In this document: piece by piece, positions 8,301 to 15,880 of the stretch
How the letters are laid out: each line of letters opens with the position of its first letter
Numbering within the stretch: the first letter of the stretch is position 1
Assembly (NCBI GenBank): GCA_038213805.1
Contig: JBBQSO010000030.1
Coordinates: 1 to 55,137, forward strand
Length of the DNA stretch: 55,137 nt
From: Planctomycetota bacterium
GTDB lineage: Bacteria; Planctomycetota; UBA11346
Direction: 5' to 3'
Program-made: the position numbers and the translations under genes
The notes under the pieces: model-generated
The model's input: only the letters and a program-made list of their open reading frames with translations
What the model was told of the DNA's origin: nothing
Databases searched by the model: none

Positions 8301-10262
8301 CTCGCGACGACGGCGGCGGAAGATACCCAGTCTGGGATCGCCGAGATGCTCGCGGCGGAGCGACTCCTGGCCGAGGACAACCCGGCGATCCCAGCTGCGG
8401 CCATCACTGCGCTCGCCAGCGCTCCCGCAGCGGAGTTCGCAGCATCCGACGCCGACGCCGACGCCAGCGCGCGCCCACGCCCGCCTTCGCGCCCGTCGAC
8501 CCCGGTCAGCCGCGCCGCCACCGAGACGCGCCTGCATCCGATCCTGCCCGAGGACAACGACGCGCCGCCACCACCACCACCGGATCCGGGCCCGCCACCG
8601 GGCCGCCGCCCGCGGCGACCAGCGACCTTCCCGCTCGGCTCCTCCCCGACCACGCTCCTCCTTCCGAACACCCCGCAGAAAACCCAGCGCCACCCCATGC
8701 CCGCCCCTCCCCTCCACCGCCGTCCATGGTTCGCCGCGACCGCCGGGTTCGCCTTGGCCGGTCTCGCCGGCTGGGCGGCGTACGAGTGGCTGCTGTGGCT
8801 GCCCAAGGACATCCTCGAGGTGACCAGCGGACCGCTGCCCGACCAGGAGATCAGCGGCCGCGCCACGCTGCGCTGGAGCTTCAATCTCGACGTGGTCACT
8901 CCTGAGCAGGTCGGCAAGGCCGAGGTCAAGCCGCCGACGTTGACCCCGTCCACCGCGGGTACGTGGACGTGGACCGACCGCCGCTCGCTGTCGTTCACCC
9001 CCGACCAGCCGCTGGTCGATGGCACGCCCTACACCATCGCCTTGGCCAAGGACCAGCTGCGCACCAGCGCAGGCTTCCGCCTCGCCCAGGATCTGCGCGC
9101 CAGCGTGCACACCCCGGCGCTGGCGGTGCGCGAGGCGCGCCTGGTCACCTACGCCGATAACGGCGCGGCAATGGTCGAGATGCTCTTCAACCAGCCGGTG
9201 GACCCCGCCGCCATCGCCAAGCGCCTGGTCGTCGAGGCCCCAGGCGGTGAAGGCGCCACCAAACCGACGGTCATCGCCCAGGGCACCGCGCACGCGGCGG
9301 TCGTGCGCTTCGCGATCGCCGGTCTGCCCCAGCCGGCCATCACGAAGGACAGCGCACCGCCCACCGACCTCGCCGCCGCCCTTTCCGGTGGCGCGCTACT
9401 CAGTGCGCCGGCCGGTGGCCACGTGATCAGCCATCCCGGCGTCACCGCGCTCCTGCACCTGCCCAGCGGCACCACCGGCGCCGGCGGTCCGCTCGGCCTG
9501 GCCAGCGAGTGGAGCAGCGCGCTGCCCCTGGGCGCGACCCTGGCGATGACCGACGCGTGGGCGCAGATCCCGGCCGCCGGCGATGCCACCGTGCACCTCG
9601 GCCTGAGCGGTGGCGGCATCCCCGACGACCTGCTCGCCAGACTCATCCACGTCACGCCCGCCGTGCGCGTGAAGATCGAGGCCGTGCCCGGAGGCCTGAT
9701 CCTGCATGGCGGCTTCACGCCCGGCGAGAGCTACACCGTGGCGCTCGACGCGGTATGGCCTGACCATGGCGACGATCCGACCCTGGCGCTCGCCACCCTG
9801 CCGGCCGCCTGCACCGCGACCCTGGCCATCCCGCAACGCCCGCGCGCGCTATGGCTGGAGCGCGTCGACGGCGGCGGCCAGGTGAGCGTGCGCGGCAGTC
9901 GTGTGGAGTCCGCCGCGCTCGCAGTCTATCCTGCCGACGCGGCCGCCGACACCGCACCGCTGCGCCAGGAGCGCGTCACGCTCGCCACCACCTCCGAGGG
10001 GGAGCCCGCACGGCTGCGCCTGGACGCGCAGCGCCTGCTGCGCGATCTGCCCACCGGAGCGTATGACGTGCGCCTGGCCGGCGAGGTTGGCGACGCCGAT
10101 GCCGAGAGCGCGCCGGCGCTGACCATCAGGCTGCACCTCGACGCAGTCGCGGTCGCGCCCGGGGCGGTCGCTGCCGGTCTCGGCCGCTGGACGCTCGCGC
10201 GCCTGCGCGGTGAAGAAGATGAGGGCGTCGCCCTGGCGATCGGGCGGGCCGAGCCTAGATGA
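5349..10262 (+). CDS. scpA: Segregation/condensation protein A (SMC kleisin) fused to a long disordered linker, a TM helix and Ig-like/alpha-2-macroglobulin-like domains
   Basis: AGGAG RBS before ATG 5349. ScpA motifs 'FSGPLDLLLYLVRR', 'AGDFIAMAATLLEIKAR', 'DPRADLINSLLAYRRFKEA', 'MAVLE..RQ...Q..YGD'. No stop until 10262. TM 'WFAATAGFALAGLAGWAAYEWLLWL' at about 8727-8804. Confidence 0.85.
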   Translation: MDDGLDASVTTPTADPSEGASAGTVDLGVRVTTEGFSGPLDLLLYLVRRTELDIVDIPLVLIIDQFVATIGQWADLDLEVAGDFIAMAATLLEIKARLIAPPPEEPDAAGDDEGDAFDPRADLINSLLAYRRFKEATQELAAREDARRERRERQLRETIPEDPEDEPTLELGAVDSHLLLRTCELLMARINGLGPRTVTVDDVPLGVHIDRIVDAVRTQGTSTLGALITAAPTLLVRVSTVMAVLEGTRQRFLESRQVEQYGDVGLRYRDEEERARVSELPPELPPETRRRRRPPLVTWTPPASAAPAGEETPADAATDEPVESDDERFLRELDESCRLNAVLAASADLERAYTAFLTERHPELLPPAPVAVAVASAAPAVAAPAAEMAAPAAVAHAAHVVPTATAAAVVAPPAAAETDLTAGVTPTATASVTPLDAELSPVPASADATVHPATPAAETVAAAPLATPVVDAAAAHAADAIAIEPVAIAEQSPSHAVEPAAPDGADRPAERTVSVATVPAEAEAAPNREAPAVDVVHSACAPVDAVDPRDEAGTTPEIPACAASDAAAASTADIAAPPTTATDLPAPVDGPADALAASALPLREDAGTTGVVDAMPAQTHAMSPADTLLALAAPALAQEVAGGQTDTTGDGFASPAGETISALDPIVKSPVPMADLTQDGSAATVAPIPASAEVDRWSSRDDEPRAWPVEAAAAALEARLLDHASDEDEAEPTPAPESDDELTASDDPASANAMLLRELAAAAETRRAALERELQRQREREAAAAAAAATEVEIAATAAAQTPAASAPLQAEAPVAAVADVTATTMEASAALAASAPALSVDEPADLTAIEAAAPAFLEPVKPAHWEDDVDVEAEPEIPPAEETSQGDDIASGSRSDAHAAAPIPIADSDAPAADVAHDASAIAPTAPAEAVHATTAAEDAQPGIAEVHAAVTLPAEYNVAIPAADAHAQDASAIPPTAPAETELATTAAEDTQSGIAEMLAAERLLAEDNPAIPAAAITALASAPAAEFAASDADADASARPRPPSRPSTPVSRAATETRLHPILPEDNDAPPPPPPDPGPPPGRRPRRPATFPLGSSPTTLLLPNTPQKTQRHPMPAPPLHRRPWFAATAGFALAGLAGWAAYEWLLWLPKDILEVTSGPLPDQEISGRATLRWSFNLDVVTPEQVGKAEVKPPTLTPSTAGTWTWTDRRSLSFTPDQPLVDGTPYTIALAKDQLRTSAGFRLAQDLRASVHTPALAVREARLVTYADNGAAMVEMLFNQPVDPAAIAKRLVVEAPGGEGATKPTVIAQGTAHAAVVRFAIAGLPQPAITKDSAPPTDLAAALSGGALLSAPAGGHVISHPGVTALLHLPSGTTGAGGPLGLASEWSSALPLGATLAMTDAWAQIPAAGDATVHLGLSGGGIPDDLLARLIHVTPAVRVKIEAVPGGLILHGGFTPGESYTVALDAVWPDHGDDPTLALATLPAACTATLAIPQRPRALWLERVDGGGQVSVRGSRVESAALAVYPADAAADTAPLRQERVTLATTSEGEPARLRLDAQRLLRDLPTGAYDVRLAGEVGDADAESAPALTIRLHLDAVAVAPGAVAAGLGRWTLARLRGEEDEGVALAIGRAEPR
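8103..8400 (+). repeat. Intragenic 156-bp (52-aa) tandem duplication in the ScpA linker
   Basis: GACGCCTCCGCCATC at 8103 and 8259; GATCCCAGC(A/T)GCGG at 8231 and 8387; peptide 'DASAI.PTAPAE...ATTAAED.Q.GIAE' occurs twice. Confidence 0.9.
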
Positions 10263-10305
10263 CCGCCGGACGCGCGGGAACCGACTTCCATCAGGCGGGG
10301 ATCCC

Positions 10306-10995
10306 ATGCCATACGCCGACCTGAAACCGGTCGCGGCCGGCAGGCCGCAGTTGCTGTTTTTCTGCGGTGGCTTCGTACTCACGATACTCGCCGGCGCGGT
10401 CAACGTCGCGATGCTCTCCTTCTATGCCGTGCCGGTCAGCCACATGAGCGGCGCGGTGTCGCGCGTGGGCATGGACCTGGGCGCACGCCATTACGAGGAC
10501 CTACCGGTCATCGGCATGATCATCGGCGCCTTCGCCCTCGGCTGCGCCCTGACCGGGGCCCTGGTCGGGGCCAGCACGCTCGCCGATCGCGACCGCTACA
10601 CCTGGGTCATGGCCTGCGAGGTCGCCGCCCTGGGCGCGGCAGCCGCGCTGCTAGGCGGGGCGGTGAACGCCTCGGTGGTGCTGTGTGCCTGCGCCTGCGG
10701 CATCCAGAACGCGATGGCAAGCAGCTACTACGGCCTGGTGGTTCGCACCACCCACGTCACCGGCATCATCACCGACCTCGGCTTCATGGTTGGCGCCAGC
10801 CTCACCGGCCGGCGCTTCGCGCCCTGGAAATACCTGCTGCTTACCCTGCTGGTTTCCGGCTACCTCACCGGGGGCTGCGCCGCCGCGGTGATCATGCCCG
10901 CCTGGCCAGGCGCGATGCTGTGGGGCTGCTGCGGGCTGGCCGCGGCGATCGCCTTCGGCTGCCACGTGCTCCAGCGTCGCGCGCGCCCCGGCTGA
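10306..10995 (+). CDS. YoaK/DUF1275 family membrane protein
   Basis: 'AGAVN', 'SHMSG', 'GIQNA', 'RTTHVTGIITDLG' motifs; several TM segments. Confidence 0.85.
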   Translation: MPYADLKPVAAGRPQLLFFCGGFVLTILAGAVNVAMLSFYAVPVSHMSGAVSRVGMDLGARHYEDLPVIGMIIGAFALGCALTGALVGASTLADRDRYTWVMACEVAALGAAAALLGGAVNASVVLCACACGIQNAMASSYYGLVVRTTHVTGIITDLGFMVGASLTGRRFAPWKYLLLTLLVSGYLTGGCAAAVIMPAWPGAMLWGCCGLAAAIAFGCHVLQRRARPG

Positions 10996-11149
10996 ACCGG
11001 CCCCACAAATGGCAGTGCGGTTGCTCGCCCATTGCCGCCCGCGCGGTGGCACCTAGCATCCGCGCGCATCTGCATCCAGGGCCGATCCACCAACATTGCG
11101 TCCGTGGCGATGCCATCCCCGCACACAGCGCTTGCCTCACCGGACCACC

Positions 11150-11596
11150 ATGCCGCCACCTCCGTCCCGACGTTTCGCGCAGCGCCCACGTACGGGGCGC
11201 ACCACCGCCACGCTGCCGCGTCCCGGGACCGGGCGCCAGCAGGCCCGTGGCCGCAGCAGCACCGCGCTGCGGGGCACCAGTCGCAAGACCAAGGTGCGGG
11301 GTGAAAACCCTACGCTCGGGATCATTTCAACGGTGTGCTTCGCGTTATTCTGGGTGTTCATTTTGCTGGCGATCAACGGCGTGCTCACCTCGGCCGCCAG
11401 CCACGATACCGGCCGATTGATGGCTTCGGCTGGGCTCGGACTATTCAGCTACATCTTCCCCTTCGTTGGGCTCGCGACGGGCATCGCGGGCCTGGTCCAT
11501 CGCCGTTCGCAGCGCGTCATGGCGTGGATCGGCGTGGTGCTCAACGGCGGTCTGCTGGTGTTCTTCTTGGTCTCCATCCTCGCCAACCACCACTAA
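11150..11596 (+). CDS. Hypothetical 3-TM membrane protein with an Arg-rich N-terminus
   Basis: Three hydrophobic helices in the C-terminal half ('LGIISTVCFALFWVFILLAI', 'GLGLFSYIFPFVGLATGIAGL', 'MAWIGVVLNGGLLVFFL'); start uncertain. Confidence 0.6.
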   Translation: MPPPPSRRFAQRPRTGRTTATLPRPGTGRQQARGRSSTALRGTSRKTKVRGENPTLGIISTVCFALFWVFILLAINGVLTSAASHDTGRLMASAGLGLFSYIFPFVGLATGIAGLVHRRSQRVMAWIGVVLNGGLLVFFLVSILANHH

Positions 11597-11731
11597 AAAG
11601 CAGACGCGGACCGCGCCTGCGGGCGTCGGCGGTTGACAGTCACGGTCACGCGGCACAGCATGCCGCCGGCGGTCGCTGCAAGCGGGTGCGGGCGCTGCGG
11701 ACTGTCGCTCCATCCCGCCGAGGACGACCCC

Positions 11732-12196
11732 GTGCACGCCGACGCTTTCTGGCGCCTCATCGCCTTGATCGACCAGCCCCAGCTCGCCGCCAGCGACGAG
11801 AGCGGCGCGCTTGCCCCCCTCCAGGCCGCGCTCGAGGAAGTCGAGACCGACGAGCTGTTCGCCTTCGACGAGCTGCTGGCGCGCGCGTTGTACGAGCTCG
11901 ACACGCCGCGCCACCTCGACGAGGCCGGCGCCTCGAGCACCTCGGCCGACGCCTTCCTGTATGCGCGCTGCTGGGTGGTCGCACGCGGCCTAGAGCACTA
12001 CGTTGCGGTGCGCAAGGATCCCGCGCTCATGCCGCAGACACTTGAAGAATGGTGCGAACCGCTGCTGCTGGTTGCGCAAGAGGCGTGGGCCGCAAAGACC
12101 GGCGCGGACCCGGCCGACTATCCGCACATCTCGACGGTCAGCTACGAGACCGGCGCGAACCAAGCGGCATGGCGCGGCCGGCGGCCGGATCTCTAG
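11732..12196 (+). CDS. DUF4240 domain protein
   Basis: GAGGA RBS and GTG start; 'FWRLI', 'F...L...LY.LD', 'SADAFLYARCWVVARG..Y..V..DP', 'SYETGAN..W'. Confidence 0.8.
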   Translation: MHADAFWRLIALIDQPQLAASDESGALAPLQAALEEVETDELFAFDELLARALYELDTPRHLDEAGASSTSADAFLYARCWVVARGLEHYVAVRKDPALMPQTLEEWCEPLLLVAQEAWAAKTGADPADYPHISTVSYETGANQAAWRGRRPDL

Positions 12197-12203
12197 GGAC
12201 GGC

Positions 12204-12923
12204 TCAGAAGCGGTAGCCGAACGAAACGAACGGGGCCAGCCCGCGGCTGCGGATGGTGACGGTTTCGCTGAGGTCGCCGCCATTCACCAAGTCGAACTGC
12301 AGCTTGCCGTGGGTGCGCGTGACCTGATAGCCGACGCCGAGCCCGATCTGCAGGTGGTTGCGGCTGCCCGTGTAGTAGACGGCGGTGCGCACGCCGTACT
12401 CGATCGAGCTGCCGCTGCCGCTCTCAGCGCGGGTGACCGCCTGGTTGCCGCCGACGATGCCGCGATCGGTCAGCTTCGCGAAGGCTGCCCCGGCAAAAGG
12501 CACCACCTCGAGATGGTAGGAGCCGGCGAGGTGCGCGGCGAGGCCCAGGCCGAGATCCATGCCTTGGGTGCCGATCTTGATCGGACCGACGATCGGGGTG
12601 ATGCGGTTGTCGTCCTCGGCGGTCGCCTGTTGGGCGTCGAACACCGCGATGGCCAAGATCAGCGAGCAGCCACTGCTGATCCGGGCAAGGTGCAGGGTGG
12701 GGCCCAGATCGACACGCACCCCGGGATGCGCGCCCGCGATTTCTTCGCTGGCGCTGCCTCCCGGGTCTACGTAATCGATATGCACTGGCTTGCTGGAAGG
12801 CAGGCGGGTGATGGTCAGGCGCAGGTCGTCGAAGGAGAAGCCGTCGGCGGCCATCAGCGCGGGGCAGGCGCCCAAGCCCATGGCCAGACCGAGGATCGCT
12901 CCAGGAAACCGCTGTCTGGACAT
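12204..12923 (-). CDS. Putative outer-membrane beta-barrel protein
   Basis: Signal peptide, amphipathic beta-strands, C-terminal 'FVSFGYRF' beta-signal. Confidence 0.7.
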   Translation of the reverse strand: MSRQRFPGAILGLAMGLGACPALMAADGFSFDDLRLTITRLPSSKPVHIDYVDPGGSASEEIAGAHPGVRVDLGPTLHLARISSGCSLILAIAVFDAQQATAEDDNRITPIVGPIKIGTQGMDLGLGLAAHLAGSYHLEVVPFAGAAFAKLTDRGIVGGNQAVTRAESGSGSSIEYGVRTAVYYTGSRNHLQIGLGVGYQVTRTHGKLQFDLVNGGDLSETVTIRSRGLAPFVSFGYRF

Positions 12924-13000
12924 GGAACCTCGCTCGCTGGGCCGTGGGATGACCTGCAAGGATGGCTCACGCGCGCGCGGCTGTCAAATCGGGAACGGCC

Positions 13001-13816
13001 TCAGCCGGGGGCGACCGGCTGAACGGTGACGACGACGGTGGCCAGGTTGTTGGCCTTGGAGCCCTCGACGACCAGGTTCTGCGGGTCCAGGACCACGTTG
13101 TAGACATGGGTTCCGACGCTGGTGGCGGGCACGGTCAGCAGCAGCGAGGCGCTGAGGGTCGCGGCGATGTCCGGCATGGTCCCGCTCGCGACCACCACGG
13201 CCGGGGTCACTGAGGTGTCGAGCACCTGCACCGCGACGCCGCTGGCGGTCAGGCCTTTGAGCGAGGTGTCGATATTGGTCACCGTCACGGTCAACTCGAT
13301 AGCGGTGGCCGTGGTCACCACCGCCGGCGCCACCGCCGGCGCTGCCAGCACCAGGTCGAAATCTGCGAAGGCGACCACCGCGCTCGCGGTGTTGTTGGTC
13401 TCGTTCATCTCAGGGATGAGATTGTCGGGATCGATGACCATGAAGTAGGTGTGCAGGCCCAAGGCGCCGCTGTCGGTGGTCGGGTCGATGGTCAGGGTCA
13501 CCGGCACATGGGACTGGCCGGCCACGCTGGCGACGGTGCCCGAGGCGATCGGGGCGGTGGCGGGATCGTCACGGAAGACCCGAAAGGAGATGTTGGTCAG
13601 CGCTTCATGCGCGGTGTTGAACAGCGAGAAGGTGATGATCGCGGGACTGGTCGTCGAAGGCGTGGGCAACGCCACCGGCGGCGTGGTGGTCGAAGTCACA
13701 GTCGGCACGCCGGAGAAGGTCAGGTCGACGAAGTCGAAGGTCTTGCCCGGGCTGGTGCAGCCGGCCAGCAGCGCGGCGAGCAGGATGGCTGGGACGAAGA
13801 CCAGGGTGGTGCGCAT
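13001..13816 (-). CDS. CARDB-domain lipoprotein
   Basis: Lipobox 'LAGC'; two CARDB-like repeats 'VIDPDNLIPEMNETNN' and 'VLDPQNLVVEGSKANN'. Confidence 0.8.
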   Translation of the reverse strand: MRTTLVFVPAILLAALLAGCTSPGKTFDFVDLTFSGVPTVTSTTTPPVALPTPSTTSPAIITFSLFNTAHEALTNISFRVFRDDPATAPIASGTVASVAGQSHVPVTLTIDPTTDSGALGLHTYFMVIDPDNLIPEMNETNNTASAVVAFADFDLVLAAPAVAPAVVTTATAIELTVTVTNIDTSLKGLTASGVAVQVLDTSVTPAVVVASGTMPDIAATLSASLLLTVPATSVGTHVYNVVLDPQNLVVEGSKANNLATVVVTVQPVAPG

Positions 13817-13877
13817 CGGTGACCTTGCACGGGCCTGAGGCCCCGGGGGAGGGGCGAACGGTAGAACCGGCGCGGGG

Positions 13878-14516
13878 TCAGGCAAGCGGGACCGTCGGCG
13901 TCCGCTTCGTCAGCCGTCCGATCAGGATGCCAAAGCCCAGGCTGGCCAAGGCCGCGAAGGCGACCATCACCACGGCGACGCGCTTGAGCGCGGCGGCCTG
14001 CAAATCGAGCACCGGGTTGGCGAGCACGTCAACGCCGATCTGCAGCGAGGCCAGCCGCCACCCGCCGGCGCTGCGCACCGCGACCGCGCTCCAGCATTCG
14101 GGGACGATCAGCACGCGGTCACCGGCCAGGCGGTATTCGTCGGCGCCTGTGCCGCGCGCCATGGCGGTGTCGGCGTCCAGAAACACCGCCGGATCCTCGC
14201 GCTGGGGGTGCGCGCCCACGCTCGCCACGGCATTCTGCGGGCGCTGGTGCAGCATCTTCAGCCACACCGCCAGTTCGGGCAGGCTGGTGACCACGGAAGC
14301 GTCGGGCAGGGTGATCTGGAAGCGCGGAGCGACCAGCGGGGCCAGTTCGCCAACCTTTTCTGCGCTGATGGCGGCCGCGACCTGGACCATGAGCTGGTCG
14401 AGAGCGGCGCGGTCGCCGGCGCGCGGCTCATCTTCGGCGGCGGTCAAGGACCCCATGGCCACCTGTAGGACGAGGAACGCAGCGGCGGAACCTGCGGAGG
14501 TCAGGGCGTGGCGCAT
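13878..14516 (-). CDS. Exported NTF2/SnoaL-like (DUF4440-like) protein with a C-terminal membrane anchor
   Basis: Signal peptide; 'WSAVAVRSAGGWRLASLQ' NTF2-type final strands; C-terminal TM followed by 'RLTKR'. Confidence 0.6.
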   Translation of the reverse strand: MRHALTSAGSAAAFLVLQVAMGSLTAAEDEPRAGDRAALDQLMVQVAAAISAEKVGELAPLVAPRFQITLPDASVVTSLPELAVWLKMLHQRPQNAVASVGAHPQREDPAVFLDADTAMARGTGADEYRLAGDRVLIVPECWSAVAVRSAGGWRLASLQIGVDVLANPVLDLQAAALKRVAVVMVAFAALASLGFGILIGRLTKRTPTVPLA

Positions 14517-14659
14517 GCGGGTGTCCTGGTGGCCTGGCGCGGGCTGTTCCCGCGGCGGTGGCCGGCAGGCTACGCCGCTGGGGGGCACGGCCATAGCCAA
14601 TCCCCGGCCTTCCATCGTTATATCTTGATAGAGCGATGGAACGAGCCAGGATGCGAATC

Positions 14660-15541
14660 ATGCGCCTCGACCAGATCCTCGCCGCCAAGCCGGCCACGCT
14701 GTCCTTCGAGTTCTTCCCGCCCAAGAGCGAGCGCGCGTGGTTCACCCTCGAAGACACCGTCGAGCAGCTCGCGCCGCTCGGCCCGGACTTCGTCTCGGTG
14801 ACCTATGGCGCGGGCGGCAGCACGCGCGGCAAGACCCGCGAGGTGATCGAGCACATCCAGGGCCGCAGCGGCCTGACCGCGATGGCGCACCTGACCTGCG
14901 TCAACGCGACCCGCGCCGAGCTCGCGACACTGCTCGACGAGTACCACGCTGCCGGCATCACCAACCTGCTCGCGCTGCGCGGCGACCCGCCCAAGGGCCA
15001 GGAGCGCTTCGTGCCGACCGACGGCGGCTGCGCGCATGCCATCGACCTCATCCACTTGATCCGCGCCGACGGCCGCTTCACCGCGCTGTGCGCGGCCTTC
15101 CCCGAGAAGCATCCGGATGCGCCGAGCCGCGCCAGCGACTGGGAGCACCTCGCCGACAAGCTCGCCGCCGGCGCCGCCGCGGCCATCACCCAAGGCTTCT
15201 TCGCAGTCGAACCATATCTGGAGATGCGCGCGCATGTCGCCGCCCGGCTGGGTCGCGCGCCACGCATCATCCCCGGCATCTGGCCGGTGACCGGCTGGAA
15301 AAGCGTGCAGAGCTTCTGCCGCTTCTGCGCCGCGGCCGAGCCCGAGGAGCTGCGCGCGCTGCTCCAACCGCTTGAGGCCGATCCGGTGGCGGCGCGCCAG
15401 GCCGGCATCGCCTTCACCGTCGCCTTCTGCCGCCGCCTGCTCGCCGCGGGCGCACCCGGGCTGCACTTCTACTGCATGAACCGCTCCACCGCCGCCGCCG
15501 AGATCGTCACGGCGCTGCGCCTGGGCGGCGCGGCGATCTGA
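14660..15541 (+). CDS. metF: 5,10-methylenetetrahydrofolate reductase
   Basis: 'SFEFFPPK', 'FVSVTYGAGGST', 'AHLTC', 'LALRGD', 'ITQ.FF', 'GLHFY'. Alternative start at 14651. Confidence 0.93.
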   Translation: MRLDQILAAKPATLSFEFFPPKSERAWFTLEDTVEQLAPLGPDFVSVTYGAGGSTRGKTREVIEHIQGRSGLTAMAHLTCVNATRAELATLLDEYHAAGITNLLALRGDPPKGQERFVPTDGGCAHAIDLIHLIRADGRFTALCAAFPEKHPDAPSRASDWEHLADKLAAGAAAAITQGFFAVEPYLEMRAHVAARLGRAPRIIPGIWPVTGWKSVQSFCRFCAAAEPEELRALLQPLEADPVAARQAGIAFTVAFCRRLLAAGAPGLHFYCMNRSTAAAEIVTALRLGGAAI

Positions 15542-15591
15542 GCGGGAAGCACGAATTCCAGCAGCCGGACAGCGCCGCGGCCCGATGGTTA

Positions 15592-15797
15592 GACAGCCGG
15601 ATAAAACAAGAGGCGCGGAGACGCGGAGAATGGAGGAGGACAGCGGCGGAAGGGCCGGCTTGGCCGCATCTGCGTACAACGCCGATGCGGTAGCGGTCCC
15701 GCATCACAAGCCGGGGCGTACTGCCTGCGGGCCGCGGGCAGCATGACGATCTCCTCCTCTACCCTCCGCGTCTCCGCGACTGTTTTATCCGGCTGTC
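15592..15797. mobile_element. MITE-like element with ~50-bp imperfect terminal inverted repeats
   Basis: GACAGCCGGATAAAACA (15592-15608) is the exact reverse complement of 15781-15797; CGCGGAGACGCGGAG...GAGGAGGA is mirrored further inside; nested internal hairpins. No TSD seen. Confidence 0.5.
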
Positions 15798-15880
15798 AGC
15801 AGCGTGCATGCGGCGTGGACTGCGTATTCTCGGCGAACGTGACCTTGTACCAGCCAGCGGGCACCGGTAGGACTTCGCGG

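Noticed and set aside
14517..14659. SAM or other riboswitch upstream of metF
   Set aside because: Short divergent spacer with no recognisable SAM-I, SAM-II or SAH consensus.
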